Of a stretch of DNA of 64,000 nucleotides, positions 24,815 through 38,109 are shown in pieces. The notes beneath the pieces were generated by a model. It ran no database searches. It was given only the letters and a program-made list of their open reading frames with translations, and had not been told where the DNA came from. Every line of letters starts with the position of its first letter. Positions within the stretch are counted from its first letter, which is position 1. The DNA is from Eledone cirrhosa (lineage: Eukaryota), in the NCBI GenBank assembly GCA_964016885.1, contig OZ024743.1:285076001-285140000 (forward strand), given 5' to 3'. The position numbers and the translations under genes are program-made.

Positions 24815-25190
24815 ATAAATTAATAAAAACAATGAATAAAAACAAAGAAACAGTTCCTTATATTAAAAAATTCATCATTTTACAATCGTTTCTAGGATAT
24901 ATATGTGTGTTGGTATGTATATCATATAGATCTATGTAAAAAAAATGTTTACAAACTATCAGAGGGAATATACATACATTATTTCTGAAGACAGCATATA
25001 TTTGTGTAGGTATGTATATTCCCTCTGATAGTTTGTAAAAATTTGTTTTGTAAAAATTTTTTTTATATAGATCTATATGATATACATACCAACACACACA
25101 TATATATCCTAGAAACGATCGTAAAATGATGAATTTTTTTAATATAAGGAACTGTTTCTTTGTTTTTATTCATTATTTTTATTAATTTAT
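24815..25190. repeat. ~375-bp inverted repeat (arms ~165-180 bp, ~30-bp spacer) next to (TA)n
   Basis: 24815-24979 is the reverse complement of ~25010-25190 with a few indels. Confidence 0.9.
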
Positions 25191-25316
25191 CTTGACTCTG
25201 TTTTCCTGTGATTTTCATCGAAAACATTTTTGAATACATCTTCTCTTTTCATGATATTTGGATTACATTGAGTTCTTTATACGGATTGGACACTACCATA
25301 TATTTTGGTAGATTTG

Positions 25317-25354
<38 letters not shown>

Positions 25355-25361
<7 letters not shown>

Positions 25362-25438
25362 TAAAATAACAGATTAAAGTTTAAGCAAAGAATCGCTGCT
25401 TTCACCCTTAACAGGATCTTCTGAAACTTTATTATTAT

Positions 25439-25441
<3 letters not shown>
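25355..25441 (-). mobile_element. Single copy of the hammerhead-like unit inserted in (TA)n
   Basis: Near-identical to the arms of 17623-17775; (TA)n on both sides. Confidence 0.75.
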
Positions 25442-25472
<31 letters not shown>

Positions 25473-25873
25473 TGCCAGACAGTCCTATGCGAGCAAGACA
25501 ATCACTCTTGCCTCAAGTGGGACTACCCCCGTCCAAACCCATGCAAGCGTGGAACACGGACGTTAAACGTTGATGATGATGATGATGATGATATATAAGT
25601 GTATCAAACTAGACAAACTGAGTTGATGCTAGTACACCAAAATTTCCCACTTGCTCAATGATTTCATGGGACAAGCATTTCGGGAGTACATGTCCTAGTT
25701 CAGAGCGCTCACATTTAGTTATGAGTGGTTAGTTCGAGACTATGTTACAGATGTTAAATGAATCAGTCCCCACCAAATGTAAATCATTGGTTTCTTCTCT
25801 GCATCCTGTGCACTGGGATGTGTATCTGTTCAATATTGCATATTTCATACTGTTTTACAGCTTATACTATTAA

Positions 25874-26097
25874 CCCTTTTGGTACCAACCCACCCAAAAC
25901 TGCCTTAGTTTTATGATACAAATCTACCCGTTTTATAACGTTTATACTTAATATTAAAACCTTTCATCATAATTTTATTTAAGAATTTTTTAAGTAATGT
26001 TCTAAACATCGGCTCATAAATTTCTTCAAATTTTTTTTATTATTTTCCAAATAAATTAAAATACATATACAGTGTATTTCATATGGTTACAAAAGGG
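25874..26097. mobile_element. Second piggyBac-like MITE family; relics at ~32905-33117 and 58886-59070
   Basis: TTAA-CCCTTTTGGTACCA ... TGGTTACAAAAGGG-TTA. Confidence 0.6.
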
Positions 26098-26514
26098 TTA
26101 TTAGTTGCTCATACTATCTACCAATCACAAAGCCTGGCAGAAAGAGCAACATGGAATAAAGTGTCTTTCTCAAGGACATAATATATTGCCTGGTCTGGGA
26201 AACAAACTTGTAACTTCATGATTGCAATCTAAATCTCTAACCACTAAGCCATGCACCTTCACAAAGATAATGTGATTATATATAAAACTATATAAATACA
26301 TAAACTATTTATAATTATATATTACAAATAACCACGACCTATCTCTCTTTCTCTTATGTCAAACTTGCTTACTTGTCTCCGCCACTCCAAAACCTCACCC
26401 TGGATACACCTTGCCTGACTAACCCACACATACATGCACGAAAGCTGGGCTCGCTCAACATCTGATCACCCATAATGCAGTTGTCACAACAACAAGTCCA
26501 CTCTGTATGCTGAT

Positions 26515-26900
26515 CCAGTGCCACAACAACAAAAGCACCCAGTTTATCCTGAAAGGTGGTTGTGTTGGTGACACAAGAAAAAGCTCCCAGTCCACCTTGT
26601 AAGGTGGTCATGCTAGTGATATGACAAAAAGCACCCAGTCCACCTTTTACAGTGGTTGTGCTGGTGACACAACAAAAAGCACCCAGTCCACCCTGTTAGA
26701 TGGTTATTTCAGTGCCACAATAAAAAGCACCCAGTCCACACAGTAACATGGTTGGCATTAGGAAGGGTACTTAAATGTAGAAACCAAGCCAAAATACAGA
26801 TCCATATGAGCATGATGTGGTCTCTGGATCTGATGTCTCATAATGTGACAACCCATCTAACGCATTCAAACATGAAAAAGTAGATGTTAAATGATGATGA
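26515..26900 (+). repeat. RTE/SINE 3'-tail relic with five ~48-bp tandem units
   Basis: Repeated gtg.cacaa.aaaaagcacccagtccac...gtggt, then GGCATTAGGAAGGG and (GAT)n. Confidence 0.75.
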
Positions 26901-27189
26901 TATATATAGCTTCAGAATGTGACAACCTATCTACCCATGAAAGCGTGGAAAATTAAACAGTGTGTGTGTGCACTCTTACATGCATATATATGCAAACATA
27001 GTAATATGAATTAATAAATGTCACCACTTCAAAATGAAATTGAAAAGTATAATTAAAAAATCTACTTTGGTAATCTAAAGACAATCCACCACCACCATAC
27101 ACAACACCAGTTGGAGAAAAGTGTAAGGAGATTGGTAAGAATTTTGAATGAGATGTCACTCATGTAAAAATATCTTTAACTGACAAGGG

Positions 27190-27795
27190 TCATCATCATC
27201 ATCATCATCACCGTTTTACGTCCGTTCTTCCACGCTAGCATGGGTTAGACGGGTTGTCCTGTTGTGGGCAGTGTCTGGTCGGCTGACCATGCCTTGCTCA
27301 TACAGGAACTGATCTGGCTTGATTTCTACAGCTGGATGCCCTTCCTAACACCAACCTCATTTACAGTGAGTGCTGGGTGCTTTTTCGTGGCGCCTACACG
27401 TCCACTTTACAGTGTGGGCTGGGTGCTTTTTTGCCGTGGCACCTCCACGACCACCTTGCGGTGGGGGGGGGGGGGGGCATATTGTTTATATGCTTCAGCA
27501 TGTACCCATGGGAGGTCGGGTACCCTGTATTACTGCGTGACGCCAGAAGTCACGGTCGTGTGTCATTGACTTTGAGAGGTGTAGTTGGGTAAGGTCGGCT
27601 TTTATCACCTCATCCCAAGTCATCTTGGGTCTCCCCACTCCGCGGTTTCCATCAACTTCTAGTGCTCTGCACCTTTTTATGCAGCTGTCATCCTTCATAC
27701 GCATCACATGTCCATACCAGCGTAACCGCCTCTCCTGCACGCAGCATTTGATTCCTCTTATGCTCAGTCTCTCTCTCAATTCATTTATGCTTTGT
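27190..27795 (-). mobile_element. RTE 3' fragment, same family as 20351-21831
   Basis: ERRLRWYGHVMRMKDDSCIKRCRALEVDGNRGVGRPKMTW; (GAT)n tail. Confidence 0.85.
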
Positions 27796-27815
27796 CAAAT
27801 ATTTAAAGTGTTTAA

Positions 27816-28002
27816 CCCTTTAGCATTTAAACCGGCCGTATCCAGTCAGAATTCCCTCACCTCTTTCTGTTCAAACCAACTGTAACAGACATTAAGGTAT
27901 TGTTCCCAAAATAGATAATATCAAAATCTCATAGATTTGATATTATGTGTATATTTGATATTATGTGTATAGTAAATATAGAGTAATGTAAATGCTAAAG
28001 GC
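27816..28002. mobile_element. piggyBac-type MITE, same family as 10186-10588
   Basis: Same TIRs and internal sequence. Confidence 0.75.
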
Positions 28003-28619
28003 CTAAACTTACTGTTTATACTGTGTATCTGTACATGAGCATTGTCGGTTGGGTTGACATACATTACACAACAGTGTCTTTATATAACATACAAGGCTGC
28101 ATAATTTTTATATAGCTGACCCATGTCACATAGACATACCTACACTAACATGTACAAATATATATACACATGGAAAAGTAGGCATAAAAGGATGATTATA
28201 ATACATATACACGTCTTCCCTCAAGCCTGCAGTCAGGCCCTTAAACACAACAAAAACATATATCAACAAATGCATACACTCATGCTAAAAATAATGTCTA
28301 CATGCACATTCCTCCTTTTAAAAATATCATATAAATATACAATCAAACACAGAACATGTACAAATACATGCATTTATACTTACAAATCTGCTTTAAAACA
28401 CTCACAAGGGTTACATTGTTTCATATCTATACAATATGTCTGTGACAAAACTTTATATAAAACAGTGACATTTCAAAACATGATAGCAAATCTCCACCAA
28501 ATAAAATATTTTCAAAATCATGAAAAAGACTTAACATTTCTTTTTATGTTTAATTTTGATTATAATTTGCTTACTCTATTTATATGAAATTATCTGTATA
28601 TGTGTATGTGTGTGTGCAT

Positions 28620-28623
<4 letters not shown>

Positions 28624-28689
<66 letters not shown>
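28624..28689. repeat. (TG)n microsatellite
   Basis: Read directly from the sequence. Confidence 0.95.
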
Positions 28690-28690
<1 letters not shown>

Positions 28691-29594
28691 TATCATTGCA
28701 TGCATCTCCATCACCATCATCATCCTCGTTTAACGTCCATTTTCCATGCTAGCGTGCATGCATGTATATATGTGTGCATGCATGTGTGTATGTATGTGTT
28801 TGCTCCTGTATTTGTTTTGCATTTGACACTGTAACCAGTAACATTTGTCTATGTTATGTCCTGTATAAACAAAAATCCTGCGCTTCAGTGGCTTCACATA
28901 CAAACTTAAATTAACAACTAAGTGCTGACATCAAGAATACCATCTCATCTAACCCATGGTAAGTAGCATGGAAAAGAATAGACATGAAAATGATGATGAT
29001 AATGATGTTGAGCTGCAAAAAGGAAATGATTAGGGAAGACATGGAAATCTGTACATTTGTCCTTGTATTTAAACTTTTGTTTCTATCCATTGTTTTTTAA
29101 TTATTTATTTTTTAACATAAATACCCCCCCCCCCTACACACACACACATACACACACATATATGTGGGTGTGTTGATGCCCATCGTTTTCCGTTCAGTGA
29201 GCTTATACACTGCATTATTAGACTATTTTCTTTATCAAAGTTTCATCAAAATCTTCTAATTCAATTTCCAAATTCCACTTGTTTTCTAAACACAATAAAC
29301 GCACTCAATACATACTGTAAAGTGGTTGGTGAGTTGGTGATAGGAAGAGTATCCAACTATAGAAATCTTGCTGAACAAAGGGTTGGGGGACCCTCAGTTA
29401 TGTCAAAGACATGACAACTTCTTCTGTGCACTCTTTGGAATGTGAAACTGTACATGAATGGGACACAGATCCCTGACATGCCTGGGAGATCAGTGGCTTT
29501 GCTTCAGTACTGACTTAGTTTGTATGGACCCATTCAACTCTTGTTAGTAGAGAAAGCAGATGTTAAAACAATGATGATGATGATGATATGTATC

Positions 29595-29658
<64 letters not shown>

Positions 29659-29994
29659 ATATAATAAACTATGTTCAAAACATTTTATTGCTGACAATCG
29701 TTTCTTCCAAACTTTCGTTTGGAATCATCGGAGCACTAGCAAAATTTAGACATATAATTAACCTCCTATTCCACAGAACAATCGTAAAGATACATAGATG
29801 TTAGTGTTGTCATTAACAGTGTCATATTTAAAGAGTGAAGATGATGGGGTCAGTATCAGTGGATGCGACAAAGATTATAAAAGAATAATACAATATCCCG
29901 GCTCTGTAAAACATCTGATGTATTTACATTGAGCTATTTTTCTTAGTGGTAATAAGGTGGTAATGAGTTACTGACCTTTCCTGTTTATAATTAT

Positions 29995-30892
29995 ATCGGT
30001 GGAAACTCCACCTTGGCGTTCTATAGGGGATTAGTGGAGGGGAAGAGCGATGACGTACTTGGAGAAACTCTAGGCGTCGACAAAAATCAACTAGCCAATC
30101 TCTTCGGAAGGACTTTCGGGCCAGGGCCTATGGACAACTTCCAGAAATCCCTGGCCTGGCAGTGCTACCGAGGAGCTTTGCCAGTTCGGGATAAACTCTA
30201 CAGGCATGGAGGTGCCGTCAGCCGGACATGTCCGAGATGCGTGCAGGGTGATGAAACCGTCCTGCATGCACTCGTCCAGTGTCCGAGCATTGCTGACTTG
30301 TGGGTTTATGTCGAACACCTGCTGTCACGTGTGGGACGGATCCGGCTATCAGCTGAGTCCATTGTGAGGATTGCCCCGCCCTCTTCCTTTAGCCGGGAAG
30401 GGCAGGCAGTTTTTATCTGTCTGGTGGCCATGGCGAAAGTGATAATATGGTGGACACGTTTGAAAGGGCTGAAGACGAGCACTTACCTCTTCGGTGATGC
30501 CCTGATTAACTTTTTCAAATTTCATTTGAAAAGGAAAATCAGGGTAGAGAGGGGAGTGCTCTCTTCCCAGCATTTTGTTGAAAGATGGGTGAGAGAAGCA
30601 AGTATGGCCCGAATGAATGGGCCTACTCTGAGTATGTGTCTGTAAATTAAAGGTGGAAAACTGGGAGCGGGCACTTGCCCTGGTGGTCAGGGTCACTGTG
30701 GCCTTTTAATGGGCTTTCTCCACAAATGTCCCTCGGAAGTCTCCCCCCTATTGGGGAATTTTTCATTGTTATTTTTTTATTACATCCTCTGTTTTTTTTA
30801 CACGCAGAAATGCCCATTTGTACCGTCCTGTATTGTCCTGTACTGTCCTTAATGTCTACTTTATGTAAACCCTTGTGGTTAATAAAGAAAGC
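29995..30892 (+). mobile_element. 5'-truncated Tx1 copy with ATAATTAT target-site duplication
   Basis: Matches the 3' 900 bp of copies A and B; intact CPRC..ETVLHALVQC; ATAATTAT at 29987-29994 and 30893-30900. Confidence 0.92.
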
Positions 30893-30984
30893 ATAATTAT
30901 ATATAGTGTATATATAAGAAAAAATAATATTATTATTATTATTTTATATATATATATATATATATATAAATTGAAGAAAAACCA

Positions 30985-31720
30985 ATGCTGGATTTTGCCA
31001 TCACGTTGCTAGCTGAGGACAGTACGTACCTACAGGAGCTAATAACCTCCATGCAGCTGAATGCTGAGAACGTCCGGTTATGAAGGTGGGAAGCAGCTAC
31101 AGTTAAAGTGAACCAACAGGAGCTGGACTAGGCCGACCACTTCACTTACCTTGGCAGCAGCCTGAGCAACAGTGGACCATTGAGATGAACATCAACTGCA
31201 GGATTGGAAAGGTGACTGTGGTGTTCCAATGGATGCACTCAATTTGGTAAAACACAGCCATCAGCATGTACATCAAGCTGCACTTGTACACCAGCATTGT
31301 ACTTCCCACAGTCATCTACACCAGCAAAATGTGGAAGCACACTGCCAAGACAGATAGGCATCTATATGCTTTCCATCAAATGTAAAATTCTAAAAGTCAC
31401 CTGGTGAGATTGGGTTAGGAATGAAGAGATTCTGTGAAGAGTAGGGTTGTATACACCACAGGAGATTGTCACAGAGCGTTGGTTCCATTTTGCGGGTCAC
31501 ATCCTGCACCTCCCAGATCACTACCCTTCCAAAATAGCAATAATGTGGACTCCCCCAAAAGGCAAGCGGAAAAGAGGCTGACCGAAGATGACCTAGCAGC
31601 AGACATTCCAAAGCGACCTACAAATTGTCAATATCACCTGGCACAGATGTCAACGAGCTGCCATCGACTGACAGCATTGGAGACGATTGGTTGACTTATG
31701 TTCCCGATGGAACAAGCCTG
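30985..31720 (+). mobile_element. Decayed RTE-type LINE 3' fragment, a different family
   Basis: FTYLGS, INCRIGK, VRNEEIL, FAGHILH and KRKRG.PK motifs with stops. Confidence 0.75.
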
Positions 31721-31807
31721 ACTATGAGCTAAGAGCTAAAGATCAGTAAGGCCAATGGTGTACTAGACAACATTATTCTAGTGGCACACTATAAATATAT
31801 CATTATG

Positions 31808-31990
31808 GATTGGCAGTATTGGTAGAGGGTCGGATGCCATACTTTGCAGCACAGTTACATCCCTTTAAGGACTGAGTTCAAATTCCGCCGGGGTTAACTT
31901 TGCCGTTCATTCTTATGAGGTCGATAAAATAAAGTACCAGTAATGTACTGGGTAATTGCTGACCTTGTGCCAAAAGTAGAAACAATTATT
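31808..31990 (+). mobile_element. SINE family A
   Basis: Same A/B boxes, core and tail as 10337-10521. Confidence 0.85.
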
Positions 31991-32091
31991 ATTATCATCA
32001 TCACATTCAATTATTCATCCTCATGAACATTATCATTTATTGTCGTCATCATCATCATCATCATTATTATCATTATCATCATCATCTAAAT

Positions 32092-32565
32092 CAGAGATTC
32101 TCAAACTTTTTGGGCCTCCCTCGCGGCCACGTAACACCCTCAGTGCCCCCCCCCCCAACCCTATATCCAGAGAGACCTACCTATACGCAAATTGTAAATA
32201 ATATATAATAAATAAAATTGTTAATTTATATATGATAAATAATATAATTGTTTCTACTTTTGGCACAAGGCTAACAATTACCCAGTGTATCACTGGTACT
32301 TTATTTTATCGACCCCGTAAGGATGAAAGCCAAAGTTAACCTTATATATGATAAATAATATAATATATACTATGTATAAATGAATATTATATATATTTTA
32401 TTTTACTATATCTATATATAATAAGAATCATTTGATATTTAATATACTATTATATTATCTCTACTGCACCCACCCCCACCCTTTAGGCCCCAGCGCCCCC
32501 TTCGACCTTCTCAATGCCTCCTCCCCCGGATGGGGGGGGGGGAGCATCCACTTTGAGAACCTCTG
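32092..32565. mobile_element. hAT (Charlie-like) MITE with an 8-bp target duplication and a nested SINE 3' piece (~32245-32342)
   Basis: TIRs CAGAGATTCTCAAA / TTTGAGAACCTCTG; duplication atctaaat/gtctaaat; related element at ~60842-61150. Confidence 0.8.
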
Positions 32566-32600
32566 GTCTAAATGGTAGAGTACCATACTAAATTCCTTAC

Positions 32601-32743
32601 TGTGTTTAATTTTTTCCTTCTGAATTTTGAGATCAAATTGTGCAGAGTTTGATTTTGCATTTCAATAAACATTCTTGATCTCATAGCAGTAGTCTCATGC
32701 TCTTTAGTAAGGGACATTACTCTACTTGCATTAATTTCTTTTG
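32601..32743 (-). CDS. Candidate exon of an unidentified gene (KEINASRVMSLTKEHETTAMRSRMFIEMQNQTLHNLISKFRRKKLNT)
   Basis: TCTTTTGTCAG acceptor, ACA|GTAAGG donor, 143 nt open, helical-looking peptide; no homology recognised. Confidence 0.35.
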
Positions 32744-33289
32744 CTGACAAAAGACTAAATTATTTATGCACAACACCGCATGAATTGAATAATCTGAACT
32801 GTTTTAATGTAGGTATTCGTACAATTATCAGCTTGTTTTAATTTTCATAATAAATATTTTTTAAAGCTATTATGATATCAAAATTTTTTTTATATTTGGG
32901 TAGATTAACCCTTTCACAAGTGCATTTCTAATGAAATACACCCTGATGTAATTAATTAATGCAGGATTTCAAGGATTTACTAAAATTATTAATTATTTCA
33001 TTACTAAGATCGTAAGCTTCTTATATAAAACTATATTAGATTTTAATTCAACTTGGAAACCTTTAAAGCGGGTGGTAGAACCAGAGCCGGTTTTAGCCGG
33101 GTTGATAACAAAAATGTTGGTATACTATCATTTTTGTTTTACATCAGTACAAGAGCAATTTCAGAAATCTATGGCTGATAGATTAAATGTTTGTTTAGTT
33201 TTTTTTTATTGAATTAACTGAAGTACAGTCTTATTGAATAAGTAAGACTGCATGGATAGACGTGGGCTCCACAAACTACAAAGAAGGCA

Positions 33290-35050
33290 GCTCATCAAGG
33301 AGAGCAGTCACTCCAAGCAAATAAGATTGCATGGTGTGACCCAAAAGAAGGAGGCCTGGAAATGCTCTTATGAGAGAATTTCATAAATGTGGAGAATGAA
33401 TGGGAGGAAAAGAGACTATTTCCAGCTGACCCAACATAGGGACATATTAATAGTTATAGAGTTAAGGATGTAATCAAGGAGATGAAAAATGGTAAGGCCA
33501 TCAGGCTATCACAAATAGTTTCTGAGATGCTGACATTTTCAGAGGAAATAGGAGTTAAACTAGTCACCACATAATCAATCAGGTAGTACAAGATGGAGTC
33601 ATGCCCAATGACTGGTGTAGTAGTATACTCATTAATTGTTGCAAGGGAAGAGGTGATGTCTAGAAAGGAGCAATTACTGGGGTATATAACTAATGGACCA
33701 GGTAATGAAAGTGATTGAAAGAATTTTAGCACAACTAATTAAAGAAAGAGTCAAATTAGATGAGATGCAGTTTGGTTTTTTGTCAGGGAGAAGTACTACA
33801 GATGCCCTCTTCCTAGTGAGACAACTTCAAGAGAAGTTCCTAGCTAAGAATAAACCACTATATTTAGTTTTTGTTGATCTAAAGAAGGCTTTTGACAGAG
33901 TACTTTGATCTGTCATCTGGTGGTCCTTAAGGAAACTAGGTGTAAAAGAATGGTTTGTAAGAGCTGTGCAAGCTATTTTCAGAGGAACTGTTAGTAAAGT
34001 GAGAGTAAGCAATGAGTCTAGTAAGGAATTCAATGTGCAAATAGATGTTCATCAGGATTCCATCCTTAGTTCACTCATATTTATCATATTTCTGCAGGCC
34101 CTAACAGAGGAGTTTAAGACATGCTGCCCATAAGAACTCCTGTATAGTGACAACCTGGTTCTAATAGCCAAATTTGTAGAAGAGCTACTGAAGAAATTCT
34201 GACTTTGGAAGCAGAACTTAGAATCAAAAGGGCTTAGTGTAAACTTAAGAAAAACTAAAGTTCTGGTAAGCAGGAAAGAAGACCCTGCTCAATGCATAGA
34301 AAAGGAGTAGGTAGTAACACTATATGATGTACAATTTGTTAATCTTGGGTACACAAGAAGTGTAGTGGTATAGTAAGCAGACTAACAGAAAAGGTAAACT
34401 TTGTATGTGGCAGATGCACAGGGATAGTTAGTATTAAGAACACAAGTAAAATAAACATTTTCCAATCCCAAGAAGTCTCCATACAAGTAGTTGATAGCTT
34501 CTGTTTACCTAGGTGATAAAATTAGTTAGGGAGTATAATAGCTAGAGTAAGAACAGAATAGTTAAAATTCAGAGAGCTGCTACTTCTGTTGATGGCAAAA
34601 GGTTTTTCTCTATGAAAGAAAGACCTGCTGTATTGTGTGGGTGTACAATGTATGATGTTACATAGTAGTGAGACATAAGCAGTGAACACAAGATATATAA
34701 AGGCTGGAGAGAAATGAAGCAAGCATGCTTCAGTAGATGTGAAATGTTAATATACATGAAAAGCAAAGCATAGCTGAACTGAGAGAAAGGAATTAGATGT
34801 AGTGTGCAGGAAAGATGACTGCACTGGTATGGCCATGTGATGCATATGGATGATGATCATTGGGTTAGGACATGCCAAGAAACCCTAGTGGAAGGGAGCT
34901 GTGGTAGAGAGAGAGACCAAGGAAAACCTGGGAAGAGGTCAGAGCTGATCTCAAATCATGGAATCTCACAGAGGAGATGACGAAAGACTGAGATGTTTGG
35001 AGAGATGTTGTGCTGGAAAGAACCCATCCAGCCCATGGAATTGGACATAA
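33290..35050 (+). mobile_element. Decayed RTE LINE of the PHD-insert family
   Basis: MQFGFLSGRSTTDALFLVRQLQEK..FVDLKKAFDRV and WVHKKCSG..FVCGRC; many stops. Confidence 0.8.
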
Positions 35051-35777
35051 CATGGTGGTGGTGGGGGGTGACATCTCTTGAGGTGGTTAATTAAATACCA
35101 TGAATGATAAATTAAATACCAGTGATACACTTGATACAATGAAAGGTAGATCTGAAGAGATTGTAAGAATGCTGATGTGAATATGAGTAGATGTATGCTA
35201 TGTAGAAGACATAAGATGAAAGGCAACTTCAATGAAACTTCTTATAAACCAGGAACACAGTAGGAACAAATTCTGGGTGAACAACAGAATAGAATTTGGT
35301 AGAGCAGGCATACTTTTAGCAGAGATAAGAATAGATAATATAACTGAGGCAGGTAGATTGTGTGACAGAATAATGAAGCTTAATCTAATCACAGTTAATA
35401 CAATGTACTTCTCATCATAGACTTGTGATTAGTAACATCAGAGTAAGACCAAGCTGAGCAGTGTGACACAAGACAATCTAGAGAAGGAACGTATGAAAAC
35501 TAAAAGATTGTATAACCAGATCTAAGTTGAAAGAAGTACAATATGGTGTTTATATCAAGAAAGAGGAGAAGATAGAAACAATAACATAGAAGACAACTGA
35601 CAGTTTCTATGGAACAATCTGCTGCAAACAGTCAATCCAGACTGGTCGATGAAACAAGATTTCCACAAGACATAATTTGACTAGGTGGTGGAATGGTATG
35701 ATAGATAGAGTTAAAAGAATCTAATGAAAGTTAATAAAAACTAAAAAAAAGAATAGGAGAAAATTTTGAAGCAAGAA

Positions 35778-36192
35778 ATAATTGTTTCTACAATAGGCTC
35801 AAGACCAACAATTTTGGGGGAGGGTAAAGTTGATTAAATCGACCCCAGTACATTACTGATACTTATTTTACTGTCCCCTGTGAGGATGAAAGGCAAAGCT
35901 AACCTCTACAGGATTTTAACCCAGAACGTAAAGGGCCGTAACTCTATGCCGCTAAGCATGTTGTCCGATGCTCTACTGATACTGTCAATCCAACGCCCTT
36001 GAAGCAAGAAATAATTGTTTCTACTTTTGGCACAAGACCAGCAATTACTCAGTGCATTACTGGTACTTTATTTTATCGACCTCATAAGGATGGAAGGCAA
36101 AGTTAACCTCGGCAGGATTTGAAATCAGACCATAAAGGGCCGTAACTCTTTGCTGCAAAGCATGGCATCCGACCTTCTACCGATACTGCCAA
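35778..36192 (-). mobile_element. Two tandem family-A SINEs: a long subtype inserted at the tail of a short subtype
   Basis: gaagcaagaa(a)taat duplicated at ~35768 and 36001. Confidence 0.8.
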
Positions 36193-36719
36193 ATAATATC
36201 AGGGAGTTATAAGAGAAGCTAAATATAATTTATATTTAGCAAGAATGGAAGTGAAAGTAAAAGGTTTGCCAATATTCTGTAGTATGGGGATCAGAGGTGT
36301 GAGGTGTTCTGGATTATAAAGCAGTGTGTATATGTAAATAAGTATATCAGTTGGGAAAAGTATGTATATAATGATAGTTGTACATTCACTTTCACTGAAG
36401 CTGAAAAGGAAACATAGAATTGCTACTATGGAAGGTTATGTTGGGGGATTCTGGAGTATCAAAGACATGACAACCTCCCTAGTGCTAGTGCCACAATAGA
36501 ATGCACTTGGTAGAGAGTGGGAACATTTTGTAAGTAGTATGTGGGCTCCCAGCTCACCTGAGTAACTGATAGAGTGCGCGAATGTAAGTAAGCAGGATGG
36601 AAGCCCTTGGCCCATCCAAAAGGTCAGTAATTCTGCTTGAGTACTGATTCAGTCTGTAAAGACCCATACAACTCTTGCCAGCATGGAAAGCGAATGTTTA
36701 TGATGTTGAATGAATAGAA

Positions 36720-37745
36720 TGTGTGGAAAAGAGAGGGACTACTCCAATATACCCAACAGAGGGATCAGTTATTGAAATTGACAGTTGTATTGTTGAAATA
36801 GTTACAAGAGATGTTAAACCAAGGAAGCAACCAGACACATCAGTCACTGAGATGCTGAAAATATCTGTCAAAGTGGGACACAGACAAGTCGCTCGTATAG
36901 TCAATCAGGTAACACAGGAAAGGGTCATTCCCACTGCCTGACACAGCAGTATCATAAACTACTACAAGTGTTAAAGAAGGGATCTACAAAGAAACAACTA
37001 TAAAGGCACCAAATTGATCAATGGAATCTGGTGGTTATTAAAAAATTAGGTATAGATGAATAGCTTGTGAGAGCTGTCAACAAATTGAGAATTAGAAGCA
37101 AGTTCAGGAAGGAATTTAATGTGCTGGTAGGTGTCCATTAATATTTGGTCTTCTACCTTACCCTGTTTATTACAGTTCTTCACAGCATAACAAAGGAGTT
37201 TAAAACTGGCTGTCTGAAGGAATTTCTGTATACTTCTCATTATTGAATTGGATTAAGAATTAGAGAAGAAATTCCAAACAGAAATAAAGCCTAGAATTGA
37301 CAGGTCTTAAAATAAAGCTAGCATAAACAAAGGTTTAAGTTAGCATGAAAGAAAACAAGACTGTTGCCGTGTGGAAAGTGGATATGCTTGATATGTAGAT
37401 AGGAATTTGACACAGTGTACTGAATGTAAATTATGGGTGCACTAGAGGGTGCAGTGGAATTATAGACAGACTGATGGTAGTAATAAATGGGCCACAAAAG
37501 ACTGAGCTGGTATGTATATGTTATGCATATGGAGGATGACAGTTAGTTAAAGATGTGCCAACTGATCCAAATGGAAGGAACATACAGAAGAGAAATGCAA
37601 GGAAGATATAGGAAGATGTGGTGAATAGTGATCTCATGAAGAGGGTGATCAAGAATTGCAACTAGTAACACAACACTGTACTGAAGAAAACCAGTTGAAA
37701 CCATTTAATTATGGAAAAACAGACATAGAATTATGATGATGATGA
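36720..37745 (+). mobile_element. Highly decayed RTE LINE
   Basis: Patchy similarity to 33290-35050 (CTECKLWVH.GCSG); (GAT)n end. Confidence 0.55.
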
Positions 37746-38109
37746 TGTATCCAAGAAATATATGGTTTTGCACTAGCATGAGAAATCAATGTTAATATAA
37801 TTGATCATAATCGTGATTATAATTTAAGCATTATTATAATTAAAGAAAGATTTACTTCCCACCAGATTCAATAAAATCAGTAACATGCAAATATTAAAAT
37901 TGTTTCTTTGTGCCAATGTATGAAATTATTATCATTATTATTATTATTATTATTTCTTGAAACTTCCTTTGAATTCTGCTTCTTTCCCAAATCATGCTGA
38001 ATGTCAACCTGACACCTGAGGCAAAATTTGATAAAACACACATTTTACAATCAGTTGTCATATAATTGATGCCAGAAAGGCACAAACATCAGTAAATGTT
38101 TTTGCAATT

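Noticed and set aside
26515-26760. CRISPR-like array of ~48-bp units
   Set aside because: Units are degenerate along their whole length with no unique spacers, match the RTE/SINE tail, and sit in a eukaryotic context with no cas genes.
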